Origin: an uncultured Syntrophaceae bacterium
GTDB lineage: Bacteria; Desulfobacterota; Syntrophia; Syntrophales; UBA2192
Length of the DNA: 64,000 nucleotides
Direction: 5' to 3'
NCBI GenBank assembly: GCA_964585095.1
Contig: CAZPCN010000012.1
Coordinates: forward strand, 3,430-67,429
Shown here: piece by piece, positions 30,571-39,655 of the stretch
Numbering within the stretch: position 1 is the first letter of the stretch
Layout: every line of letters starts with the position of its first letter
The notes under the pieces: generated by a model
What the model was told of the DNA's origin: nothing
Databases searched by the model: none
What the model saw: only the letters and a program-made list of their open reading frames with translations
Program-made: the position numbers and the translations under genes

Positions 30571-31800
30571 ATGGACCTGAGACGCGTCCTGCTCAACCTG
30601 AAGATCGCGCGGCGATCCCTGGTGCAGTTCAAATGGCGCACCGCTCTTGCGGTGCTGGGCGTGTTTTTCGGCACCTTTTCCCTCATCATCGTCTCCAATC
30701 TCTCCGGATCGCTTGCCGTCAAGACCGAGCAGGAGATCGACAGCCTCGGCAAGAATCTCCTCATCGTCCGAAGCGGCATCGTGCGCCGCGTGGGGGCGGG
30801 CACGCCCCTGATGAGCCAGGCGACAACCCTCACGCCGGAGGACGCCCGGGCGATCCGGGAATCCATCCCCGCCGTTGCCGATCTGTCCGCCGCGGGGTAC
30901 AAGACCTTCCCCGTCCGATACGGAAACGTCTCCCTGAAGGGGATTCTCGTCGGCGGCGTGGAGCCGAATTTCCAGGACATCCGGAACTTCCACGCCCGGG
31001 AAGGAAGCTTCATCTCCGAGCAGGACAACCTCGACCGCAACAGGGTGGCCGTCCTGGGCCGAACCGTCGTGGAGAAGCTCTTCGGCGACGAAGACCCCCT
31101 CGGGAAGAACATCCTGATCTGGCGCGTGCCCTTCCAGGTGATCGGCATCATGGAGGAGAAGGGATCGGACGTCTCCGGGGCCGATCAGGACAACCAGATC
31201 TTCGTCCCCCTGCAGACCTACCTGAAGGTCCTGGTCAACAAGACGAATGTGAGCAACATCTTCGTCCACGTCACCCGAGACGATCTCATTCCCTCGGCCA
31301 AAACCGACATGGAAGCCCTGCTGCGCAAGCGCCACAAGATCGGGCCGGGGCAGAACGACGACTTCGCCGTCATCGACATGAAGGACGTCATGGCCCTCAA
31401 GGCGCAGGCCATGGATCTCATCACGGTGCTCGGGAGGATCGCCGCGGCGGTCTCCTTCATCATCGGCGGCCTCGGCATCCTCTCGATCATGATCCTCATC
31501 GTCAACGAGCGGAAGCTCGAGATCGGGATCCGCCGCGCCGTCGGGTCGCGCAAGCGGGACATCGTGCTGCAGTTCCTGATCGAGTCCTCCATCATCTCGC
31601 TTGCGGGCGGCATGATCGGCGTCTTCTCGGGGGCCCTCATCAGCGTCATCCTGCTGGGCGTCTTGAAATACCCCTTCACGATTTCCCTCGCGGGCCTCGC
31701 CATCGCCTTCACGGCCTCCGTCCTCGTCGGGGTTTTGGCGGGCATCTACCCGTCCAAGAAGGCCACCCAGTTCGAGCCCGTGGACATCCTGCGCACGTAG
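30571..31800 (+). CDS. Second MacB/FtsX-type ABC permease
   Basis: RTALAVLGVFFG, VNERKLEIGIRRAVG, QFLIES, GIYPSKKA. Confidence 0.93.
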   Translation: MDLRRVLLNLKIARRSLVQFKWRTALAVLGVFFGTFSLIIVSNLSGSLAVKTEQEIDSLGKNLLIVRSGIVRRVGAGTPLMSQATTLTPEDARAIRESIPAVADLSAAGYKTFPVRYGNVSLKGILVGGVEPNFQDIRNFHAREGSFISEQDNLDRNRVAVLGRTVVEKLFGDEDPLGKNILIWRVPFQVIGIMEEKGSDVSGADQDNQIFVPLQTYLKVLVNKTNVSNIFVHVTRDDLIPSAKTDMEALLRKRHKIGPGQNDDFAVIDMKDVMALKAQAMDLITVLGRIAAAVSFIIGGLGILSIMILIVNERKLEIGIRRAVGSRKRDIVLQFLIESSIISLAGGMIGVFSGALISVILLGVLKYPFTISLAGLAIAFTASVLVGVLAGIYPSKKATQFEPVDILRT

Positions 31801-31911
31801 CCTCCGGCCCTCGATTTTCATGGACAATTCTTCGCGAAGGAATTATCCTTCGGGCCCTCTGAAAAAATGGAACCTGGGAAGTTTTGAAGCCAAGAAGCTT
31901 GGAGAAAGACC

Positions 31912-32433
31912 ATGGCGGAAATCAAAAGTACCATCGACTTGATCATGGAGCGCACGAAAAACCTCTCCGCAAGCGCGGAAGAGCGCGAGGCCTGGCACCG
32001 GCAGGAGCTTGAAAAGCACATCCGGAGCCTCATCCAGCGGCTCCTGGACTACAGCCTCACTCTCGATGACGTCAAGGACGAGTTGGAAAAGGAAAAGAAG
32101 AACGGCCGCGCCGCGGAAGCCATGGAATACCTGAAGAGCGCCCTGGCCGCGCATGTCGACCCCGATGCGGACAACGAGCGGCTCTTCCGGATCGCCAACG
32201 AGCTTGCCGGAACGCCCGAGAAGCGGCTTCAGGACACCCTTCGGTCCTGCCAGGCGGAGTTTTTCGCCAGGAAGACCGTCCTGGCGGAGCGGCAACGAGG
32301 GGAGCTGGAATCGGCGGGGATCATGGGTTCGGCTGTCCTGCCCAACCCCGAGGCAGACCCGCAGTGGAAAGCGCAGAGGGAGCAGATGCAGGCTGCCTGC
32401 TCGAAGCGCTTCCACGGGGTCATAAATAGTTGA
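31912..32433 (+). CDS. Conserved hypothetical helical protein
   Basis: MAEIKSTIDLIMERTKNL start after GGAGAAAG; coding-like codon usage. Confidence 0.75.
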   Translation: MAEIKSTIDLIMERTKNLSASAEEREAWHRQELEKHIRSLIQRLLDYSLTLDDVKDELEKEKKNGRAAEAMEYLKSALAAHVDPDADNERLFRIANELAGTPEKRLQDTLRSCQAEFFARKTVLAERQRGELESAGIMGSAVLPNPEADPQWKAQREQMQAACSKRFHGVINS

Positions 32434-33061
32434 ACCAGAAATCCTTGATCATCTTGAAGTTCTTCCTGACGTTTTCGCGCCCGGTCACCACGTCCCCGTG
32501 ACCCGGGCAGAGGACCTCCACGTCGAGCTCCGCCAGCCTCGTGATGCTCTCCTTGAGCTGCCTGCCCGACCCGCCGGGCAGGTCCGTCCTTCCGATGCTC
32601 TGGCTGAAGACCACGTCCCCCGTGAAGAGCGCCTTCTTCTCCGGCCAGTACAGGCAGACCGAGCCCGGGGAATGGCCCGGCGTCAGGAGCACCTGAAAGG
32701 CCCTGTCCCCGATCGCCAGTTCGCCCTCCTGGAGAAAGAACGCCGGCAGGGGAAAATCCGTGCGGGAGCCCAGGTACTTCATGACGAACTCGTAGTCGAT
32801 GCGGCTCATGGCCCACCGGGTGGAGGGACCGAAGGACCCCACCGTCTCGAGATGATCGGGATGCCCGTGGGTGACCAGGACGGCGTCGATCTGCTCCGGG
32901 CTGATGCCGATCCGCTCCAGGCCCCTGCGGACGTGCTGGAAGAGGTGACGGTGTCCCGGGTCGATGAGGATTTTCTTCGTTCCGTCGACGAAGAAGCTGT
33001 TGCAGTTGTTCTCGGTCGTGCTCTGCCAGAGGAACCCGTAGAGGCCGTCAATAATTTTCAT
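32420..33061 (-). CDS. MBL-fold metallo-hydrolase (glyoxalase II-like)
   Basis: LIDPG, THGHPDH, TPGHSPGS, FTGD, PGHG. Confidence 0.92.
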   Translation of the reverse strand: MKIIDGLYGFLWQSTTENNCNSFFVDGTKKILIDPGHRHLFQHVRRGLERIGISPEQIDAVLVTHGHPDHLETVGSFGPSTRWAMSRIDYEFVMKYLGSRTDFPLPAFFLQEGELAIGDRAFQVLLTPGHSPGSVCLYWPEKKALFTGDVVFSQSIGRTDLPGGSGRQLKESITRLAELDVEVLCPGHGDVVTGRENVRKNFKMIKDFWFNYL

Positions 33062-33202
33062 GGCTGCTTCCTTTCTTCTCCCTGGCTTGCCGGGAAGCAA
33101 GGCCCCAACGCATAGCAGTACGAAGTTAGGAGTGGACGAAAGATTATTCTGATCCGCTCTTCCTGGTTCACTGGCGTGACGTCCCCGGGATCGGACAGCC
33201 CC

Positions 33203-33946
33203 CTACACCTGACGTATGAGCTGCAAGATATTCCGGTTGACGACGTTCTCGAAATCCTCCTCCTTCAGCCCCAGGCTTCTGACCTTTGAAAGCTCGCTCG
33301 AGGGAATGCCGAAGGGGAAGTCGCTGCCGAAGAGCAGCTTGCGGCTGCCGTAACGCTTCAGGAACTGCCCCATCTCCCGGGTCGACGCAAGGGCCGTGTC
33401 GGCGTAGACCGTGTCGGCGTCCCACACGCCCGCCTCGAAGAGCGCGTCGAATCCGCCGTTGAGGCCCCCGAGATGAGGAATGATGACCGGGGTGCGCCCG
33501 GCCACCCGCTCGATGAAATAGAGGGTGTTCCGGAAGGACTCCTCCAGGACGACGGGAAGCCGCAGCCGGTAGATCTCTTCCAGGAACGCCTCGCACGCCG
33601 GGTCGTCATAGTGGTAGACCGGCTCGTACTCGTGGCGGTGCCACTTGATCCCCCGGTAGCCCTTCTTCAGCTCGCCCTTTCGGAAATCGTTCCAGACGAA
33701 GTAGTACGCGTGGATGTCGGGGTCCCGCTGCTGGATCTCGAGGAGGTACTCGTTGGCCAGCTGCCGGCAGGCAACCCAGCGGGCGTTGTCCTCGAAGTCG
33801 GCGTCGTACCGGTCGTAAATGTCCTCCACGGGGGGATAGAGGCAGGCCCCCTGGATGCCCGCCCGGTCCAGGTAGGCCCGGATCAATTCGATGGGCTGAT
33901 CCGAATTCTGGATTCCGCAGTGCATGTGGGAGTCGATGATCTTCAT
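33203..33946 (-). CDS. Amidohydrolase family 2 protein
   Basis: IIDSHMH, IKWH, IIPHLGG, YADTA, LLFGSDFP. Confidence 0.85.
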   Translation of the reverse strand: MKIIDSHMHCGIQNSDQPIELIRAYLDRAGIQGACLYPPVEDIYDRYDADFEDNARWVACRQLANEYLLEIQQRDPDIHAYYFVWNDFRKGELKKGYRGIKWHRHEYEPVYHYDDPACEAFLEEIYRLRLPVVLEESFRNTLYFIERVAGRTPVIIPHLGGLNGGFDALFEAGVWDADTVYADTALASTREMGQFLKRYGSRKLLFGSDFPFGIPSSELSKVRSLGLKEEDFENVVNRNILQLIRQV

Positions 33947-33953
33947 GGTCCCG

Positions 33954-34697
33954 TCATGCTTTCTGTGCTGCCATGAGCGCCCTGACGCGCTCCAGGTCCG
34001 CCGGGGTGTCCACCTCGATGGAGTCGAACTCCGTCTCCACCACCTTGATCCGGTGCCCGTGCTCCAGGGCCCGGAGCTGCTCCAGGGCCTCCAGCTTCTC
34101 CAGCGCCCCCTGGGGGAGTTTCGTGAAGGCAATCAGGAAGGACTTCCGGTAGGCGTAGATGCCGTGATGCTTCCAGTAGTCGGCCTTGCGGCCCCGGTCC
34201 CGCACGAAGGGGATCGTGGAACGCGAGAAGTACAGGGCAAAGTGGTCCTTGTCGAAGACGACCTTGACGGCATTGGGGTCGGTCAGCTCCTCGTCCCTGC
34301 GGATCCGGTAGATCAGCGTCGAGAATTCCACCGTCGTATCCTCGAGGAGCGGCTGCACGACTTCGTCGATCTGGGCGGGCTCGAAGGTAGGCTGGTCGCC
34401 CTGGATGTTGACGACGATGTCCGTGTCTGCCAGGCCCAGCGTGTCCACCGCCTCGGCGATGCGGTCCGTGCCCGAGGGGTGATCCACCGAGGTGAGGATG
34501 GCCCGCCCGCCGAATTTCTCCACGGCCTCGAAGATCCGCCTGTCGTCCGTGGCCACTGCGGCCATCGAGGCGGTCTTCGATTTCAATACCCGTTCGTAGA
34601 CGTGCTGGATCATGGGCTTGCCGAGGACATCGGCCAGCGGCTTCCCCATGAACCGCGACGACTGATACCGCGACGGGATGATGACAACGACCTTCAT
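33954..34697 (-). CDS. kdsB: CMP-Kdo synthetase (3-deoxy-manno-octulosonate cytidylyltransferase)
   Basis: IIPSRYQSSRFMGKPL, VATDD, HPSGTDRI, VNIQGDQP, LYFSRSTIP, HHGIYAY, LEQLRAL. Confidence 0.95.
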   Translation of the reverse strand: MKVVVIIPSRYQSSRFMGKPLADVLGKPMIQHVYERVLKSKTASMAAVATDDRRIFEAVEKFGGRAILTSVDHPSGTDRIAEAVDTLGLADTDIVVNIQGDQPTFEPAQIDEVVQPLLEDTTVEFSTLIYRIRRDEELTDPNAVKVVFDKDHFALYFSRSTIPFVRDRGRKADYWKHHGIYAYRKSFLIAFTKLPQGALEKLEALEQLRALEHGHRIKVVETEFDSIEVDTPADLERVRALMAAQKA

Positions 34698-34791
34698 GTC
34701 TTCCGCTCTCTTGGAAGTTTGTAAGCCTGGCGCGCGTGAGCGGGATTCTTCCGGCGAATAGACGGTTTTCGACCGCTCTGATTTTCTGTCC

Positions 34792-34911
34792 GGCTGTTCA
34801 AAAACGGCCAGATGCAAGGCGCCTGACGTCCTGAGGAGTGAGGCGTACTGAGCCGTACGTTGAACGACGAAGGACAAAGGCAACGAAGGAGATGGTCGTT
34901 TTTCAACAGTC
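34792..34911. mobile_element. 120-bp MITE-like element with terminal inverted repeats
   Basis: Left GGCTGTTCAAAAACGGCCA; right end reverse-complements to GACTGTTGAAAAACGACCA (16/19 match); no ORF; internal CGTAC/GTACG hairpin. Confidence 0.7.
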
Positions 34912-34915
34912 GGCT

Positions 34916-35070
34916 ACGGTTGCTTCACTGCAGGCGCAGTAACTCGCCCTGCGGGCTCAAACAGTTTGCGCTGCGGACGTTTCGCTTCGCGAAGAGCGGT
35001 TAACGACCGGGGGTGCATCCCGCGAGGGGGCACGATCATGACATGCTCTTCCTTGCCGGGGAGCAACCGT
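34916..35070. repeat. 155-bp REP/MITE-like palindromic element
   Basis: Ends ACGGTTGCT / AGCAACCGT (9-bp perfect inverted repeat); internal AACTCGCCCTGCGGGCTCAAACAG and CGCTTCGCGAAG hairpins. Confidence 0.5.
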
Positions 35071-35177
35071 CGGTTGCGTTGCGACAAAACGCGTCTAACT
35101 TCACGCTCCAGAATCCCGCTCAATCGCTCATTGGAAAATACTGGGCAGCCGCCCCTCTTCGCATGCCAGGCTGCCTC

Positions 35178-36149
35178 TCAGAGGTACGGATCAGCCTGCT
35201 GCAGATGCCCCTTCACATAATCCTCGATGGCGTCCTCGAGCGAGCGGCACCTGATCGGGCATCCTGCCTTGCGCAGCTTGTCCATCTTCGCCTCCGTGAC
35301 GTACTGGTACTGGTCGCGGATCTCGAGGGGCATGTCGATGTATTCGATGCTGGGCTTCACGCCCGAGGCCTTGAACACGGCCGTCACCAGATCGTTCCAC
35401 GTGCGGGCCTTTCCCGTGCCGAGGTTGAAGATCCCCCTGGCCTTCGGGTTATTCAGCAGCCACCACATCACCTCGACGCAGTCCTTCACGTAGACGAAGT
35501 CGCGGACCTGCTCGCCGTGGCCGAAGCCCTTCCGGTGGGACTTGAAGAGCCGCACCTTTCCCGTCTGCCGGATCTGTCCGAAGGACTTGTGCACGACGCT
35601 GCGCATCTCGCCCTTGTGGTACTCGTTGGGCCCGAAGACGTTGAAGAACTTGATCCCCGTGACCTTGCCCAGGAGCTTGTTGCGCATGACCCAGAGGTCG
35701 AAGAGCTGCTTCGAGTAGCCGTACATGTTGATGGGCTGCAGCTTCGGCGTCGTCCGGTCGTCGTCGGTAAACCCGAGGGACCCGTCGCCGTAGGTCGCTG
35801 CGCTCGATGCGTAGAGGAATGGGATCTTCTTCGAGACGGCCCACTTCGCCAGCGCGCAGCTGTAATGGAAGTTGTTCTCCATGAGGTAGTCGGCGTCGCG
35901 CTCCGTCGTCGACGAGCAGGCCCCCATGTGGATGACGGCCTTGGCTTTGAAAGGAAGCGTGCCCTCGCAGAGCATCTCGTAGAAGGCGTCCTTGTGGACG
36001 AAGTCGGCGTAGCGCTTCTTGACGAGGTTCTTCCACTTGTCCGTGGTGCCCAGCGCATCGACGATCAGGATGTCGTCGATGCCCTCCTGGTTGAGTTTCC
36101 AGACGACCGCGCTGCCGATGAAACCGGCCCCGCCGGTGACGATGTACAT
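35178..36149 (-). CDS. hldD: ADP-L-glycero-D-manno-heptose 6-epimerase
   Basis: IVTGGAGFIGS, HMGACSSTTE, YASSAATYG, PINMYGYSK, FFNVFGPNEYHKG, RDFVYVKD. Confidence 0.96.
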   Translation of the reverse strand: MYIVTGGAGFIGSAVVWKLNQEGIDDILIVDALGTTDKWKNLVKKRYADFVHKDAFYEMLCEGTLPFKAKAVIHMGACSSTTERDADYLMENNFHYSCALAKWAVSKKIPFLYASSAATYGDGSLGFTDDDRTTPKLQPINMYGYSKQLFDLWVMRNKLLGKVTGIKFFNVFGPNEYHKGEMRSVVHKSFGQIRQTGKVRLFKSHRKGFGHGEQVRDFVYVKDCVEVMWWLLNNPKARGIFNLGTGKARTWNDLVTAVFKASGVKPSIEYIDMPLEIRDQYQYVTEAKMDKLRKAGCPIRCRSLEDAIEDYVKGHLQQADPYL

Positions 36150-36229
36150 GCTTTTCTCCTGGTTCGCATGCCGCTTCGCAGCGGGCGAAGGGCATACGGC
36201 TTAGGGCTGAAGGCAATCCATAATTTTCT

Positions 36230-37432
36230 TCAGATCACTTTTGCGGCCTTCTGCGCCGCCTCGGCAATCTGCTCGACGCGGCCGGCGGGCATCCGGATCG
36301 GGATGATCATGAACAACGTCCGCGACATGAGGTCCTCCGCCTTCGGGTAGAGCTCGCGGCCGTACTCCGCCTTCCCCATGTAGGACGGATCCATGAACGG
36401 GTACTTCTTCGAGTTCACGGTGCTCTTCGAGAGGAAGTGCTCCCAGTTGGGCAGGTAGTGCCAGAAGTTTTCGTAGAAGTAGATGAAGTCGACGCCCTGC
36501 GCGGACATGGCCTTCTGGAAGGCCTTTGTGGCCGCCGCCGACGGGAGGTTGAATCCGATGAAGGTGCCCGTGTCGCCCTGCGGGTCGGGGATGTTCCGGA
36601 AACCGATGCCGGGGACCACGCTCAGGGCCTTGCGCACGGCAGCCTTGTTCTTCAGCTGCTCGGCGACGATCATGTCGAGCTTGCGGAGCTGGGCAAGTCC
36701 CAGGGCGCCCTGGAGCTCGTTCATGCGATAATTGACGCCGAGAATGAACCGGCCCTCGAGGGCGCGGGGCACCTTCGGGTTGTGGTCGTGGCCGTGGTCG
36801 TGGTACCAGTCGGCGCGGAGGTAAAGGTTTTTGTCATTCGTGATGACCATCCCGCCCTCGCCCGTCGTCATGGTCTTGTAGAAATCGAAGCTGAGGATCC
36901 CCATGTCGCCGAAGGTTCCCAGCTTTTTCCCGTGGAAGCTTCCGCCCGCGCTCTGGGCGTTGTCCTCGAGCACCTTCAGGTTGTGCTTCCTGGCGACCTC
37001 CATGATCCGGTCGATGTTTGCCGGCGCCCCGCACATGTGGACGGGGATGACGGCCTTCGTGTAGGGCGTCAGCCGCTTCTCGACGCTCTCGGGGTCCAGG
37101 TTCAGGCTCTCGTCGATGTCCCCCGTGATCGGGATCGCGCCGACGGCGAGAACGGCCTCGTAGGTGGCATTGAACGTGAACGGCGGCACGATCACCTCGT
37201 CGCCGGGCCCGACATCCATCGCAGCCAATGCGACGATGAGGGCGGCCGTCCCCGATGTCACACCGAGCGTGTGGGCGGCCCCGAGATACCTGGCGAACTC
37301 CTGCTCGAACTGCTGGACCTTGAATACGCCCTTCCGCTCCTTGTCAAACCCGTATCGCATCAGGATGCCCGTCTCCATGACTTCCAGGACTTCCTTCAAT
37401 TCCTCTTTTCCGAATAGTTCTGAACCGGCCAT
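36230..37432 (-). CDS. kdnA: DegT/DnrJ-family sugar aminotransferase, KdnA-like (8-amino-Kdo transaminase)
   Basis: SFDFYKTMTTGEGG (PLP Lys). KdnA-like stretches (recalled): M.G.ELFG.EE..EV..VME.G, DHGHDH, ALGLAQLRKLD, IPDP.GD, WHYL.NW. Near kdsB and hldD. Confidence 0.72.
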   Translation of the reverse strand: MAGSELFGKEELKEVLEVMETGILMRYGFDKERKGVFKVQQFEQEFARYLGAAHTLGVTSGTAALIVALAAMDVGPGDEVIVPPFTFNATYEAVLAVGAIPITGDIDESLNLDPESVEKRLTPYTKAVIPVHMCGAPANIDRIMEVARKHNLKVLEDNAQSAGGSFHGKKLGTFGDMGILSFDFYKTMTTGEGGMVITNDKNLYLRADWYHDHGHDHNPKVPRALEGRFILGVNYRMNELQGALGLAQLRKLDMIVAEQLKNKAAVRKALSVVPGIGFRNIPDPQGDTGTFIGFNLPSAAATKAFQKAMSAQGVDFIYFYENFWHYLPNWEHFLSKSTVNSKKYPFMDPSYMGKAEYGRELYPKAEDLMSRTLFMIIPIRMPAGRVEQIAEAAQKAAKVI

Positions 37433-37490
37433 TTCTTGCTGCCTCCAGTTTCAAATGGTTGTGTTTGGCTATAACGAAGGAAGGGGATGA

Positions 37491-37532
37491 CTCCCCCTCA
37501 CCCCGACCCTCTCCCGCGTAGGGGAGAGGGAG
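37491..37532. repeat. CCCTCACCCC-type REP-like palindrome
   Basis: CTCCCCCTCACCCCGACCCTCTCCC-GCGTA-GGGGAGAGGGAG. Confidence 0.7.
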
Positions 37533-37548
37533 ATTGCGGTAACGTTCC

Positions 37549-38706
37549 TTATAAGGCCGTGCGGTAGATCGCGATGGCGTCCTCGAGGGTCACCTTGCGG
37601 GGGTTGTTCTCCAGCGGCCGCGCGACCGTCATAGCCACCCGCGCCATCTCGGGGAAGTCCTCCTCGGGGATCCCGAGCTCCCCGAGCCCCGTGGCGATGC
37701 CGCAGTCCTCGATGAGGACGTCGACGGCCTCCACGGCCAGCATGGCCGCGTCACGCACGGAGAGTCCTTCCGTGTTTTCCCCCATGACCTCGGCCACGAC
37801 GGCGAACTTCTCCAGGGCCCCCGGCAGGTTGTACTCCATGATGCGGGGGAGCATCAGCGTGTTGGCAACACCGTGGGAGATCCCGTACTTGCCGCCCAGG
37901 GGATAGGACAGGGAGTGGGCCGCGCCGACACCGGCGTTTGCCAGACCGATTCCCGCATAGAGGCTTCCCAGCATCTGGCCCTCGCGGGCCTCGAGATCCT
38001 TGCCGTTGTGGACGCAGGTCCTCAGGTTTTCCGCGATCAGCCCGATGGCCTCCAGGGAGAACATCTCGCTTGCGGGACTGGCGATCACCGACGTGTAGGA
38101 CTCAATGGCGTGGCACAGCGCGTCCATGCCGGAGGCGGCCGTCGGCTGGGGCGGCAGGCTCACGGTCAGCTCCGGGTCGAGCAGCGCCAGATCGGGATAC
38201 ATGAAAACGCTGTTCATCCCCTCTTTCTTCCGCAGATCATGGCGTACGAAGACGGCCGTGAAGGTCACCTCGCTTCCCGTGCCTGCCGTCGTGGGAACCA
38301 TGATCGTCGGCATCCCCGGGCCGGGAACCTTGTTGAGACCCAAAAAGTCTTTTGCCTGGGCCCCGTGGGCGGCCACGACGGCCACGGCCTTGGCCACGTC
38401 CATGGCGCTCCCGCCCCCGATCCCGATGACGATGTCGCACTTGCCCTTCAGGGCGAGCTTGGCCCCCTCGTCGGCCTGTTCGAGGGGCGGCTCCGGCAGC
38501 ACCTTGTCGTACAGGACTGCCTTCATCCCTTCCCGTTCGAACATCTCGAGGATCTTGTCGCGCATCCCCAGCTTTGCCAGGTTGCCGTCTATGGCGATAA
38601 AGGGCTTCTTGGCCCTCAGGTCCCGCACCTGGCCGACAAGCCCGGAAAAGGAGCCGCAGCCGAAGACGATTTTTTTCGCTCCCGTGAAGGAAAAGGTTTT
38701 CTGCAT
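37549..38706 (-). CDS. Iron-containing (group III) alcohol dehydrogenase; positional KdnB analogue
   Basis: IVFGCGS, IGIGGGSAMDVAK, PTTAGTGSEVT, GMDALCHAIE, AHSLSY, HGVAN; start trimmed to MQKTFSF. Confidence 0.9.
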   Translation of the reverse strand: MQKTFSFTGAKKIVFGCGSFSGLVGQVRDLRAKKPFIAIDGNLAKLGMRDKILEMFEREGMKAVLYDKVLPEPPLEQADEGAKLALKGKCDIVIGIGGGSAMDVAKAVAVVAAHGAQAKDFLGLNKVPGPGMPTIMVPTTAGTGSEVTFTAVFVRHDLRKKEGMNSVFMYPDLALLDPELTVSLPPQPTAASGMDALCHAIESYTSVIASPASEMFSLEAIGLIAENLRTCVHNGKDLEAREGQMLGSLYAGIGLANAGVGAAHSLSYPLGGKYGISHGVANTLMLPRIMEYNLPGALEKFAVVAEVMGENTEGLSVRDAAMLAVEAVDVLIEDCGIATGLGELGIPEEDFPEMARVAMTVARPLENNPRKVTLEDAIAIYRTAL

Positions 38707-38792
38707 GGTACGATCCTCCTGCAACCCCCTTTTATGCTTATGGAATTCCCGAGGGCGCTTCGGTGAAGAATGGCGCAGACCACCCCTGAAAG

Positions 38793-39527
38793 TCAAGGAT
38801 TTTGTTTCCCGCAGAACCAGTCGAGCTGACGGCAGAACCCCCGGATGATCTTCACCTCCCGCGATCGCAGCTGCACCCGCGAGAGGAAGCGGCGGATGCT
38901 CGTCATCCAGTACTCGGGGTTCTGCGGGTTGATGAACCCGATGCGGAGGCTCACCTCCTTGATGTGCTCGTACATCCCCTCGAGTTCCCCCGACGAGGCG
39001 AGCCTCGGCGCGAAGGTCTTTTTCTCGGAGGCGGCCGTGAAAATCTCGTAGCACAGGATCATGACGGCATGGGACAGGTTGATGGACCGGAAACGCTCCG
39101 AGACCGGGATGTGAACGAGCAGGTGCCCGTAACGGAGTTCGTCGTTGGTCAGCCCCGCGTCCTCGGCCCCGAACAGGAGGGCGACGCGGTTCTTCTGCGA
39201 GATCTCCACCAGCTTCGCCGCGGCTTCTCGCGGCGTCTGGAAGGCGGGCCTGGCGCGGCCCACCCGGGCCGTCGTCGCCACGATGTACTGAAACCCCGAC
39301 AGGGCCTTTGCCAGGTCGCGATCGTATCGGATCCGGTCCACCACGTCGGCGGCCAGATGGGTCGACATCTGGCGGATTTTCTCTTCCTCGTACTCGGCCT
39401 CGCCGACAACCAGGATGTTCTCGACACCCATATTCTTGGCGCAGCGGGCCACGGAACCGATGTTGCCCGGATATTTGGGCCTGTTCAGGACGACGGTGAC
39501 GTTGTCCAGGAGGACGTGAGCGGCCAT
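38793..39527 (-). CDS. trmJ: TrmJ/LasT SPOUT RNA methyltransferase
   Basis: VVLNRPKYPGNIGSVARCAKNMG, ALLFGAEDAGLTN, SINLSHAV. Confidence 0.85.
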   Translation of the reverse strand: MAAHVLLDNVTVVLNRPKYPGNIGSVARCAKNMGVENILVVGEAEYEEEKIRQMSTHLAADVVDRIRYDRDLAKALSGFQYIVATTARVGRARPAFQTPREAAAKLVEISQKNRVALLFGAEDAGLTNDELRYGHLLVHIPVSERFRSINLSHAVMILCYEIFTAASEKKTFAPRLASSGELEGMYEHIKEVSLRIGFINPQNPEYWMTSIRRFLSRVQLRSREVKIIRGFCRQLDWFCGKQNP

Positions 39528-39655
39528 GCATCGAACCTCGCAGAAAGGTGGCGCGAGTGTACCATAGTTCCGGGGGCCGATTCCTTTTTTTTCGTTGCCT
39601 CGCCCGGCCCTGTCTGGTAATCGGAAATTGGCTTATGGCTAAGGGCTCAAGGCAA

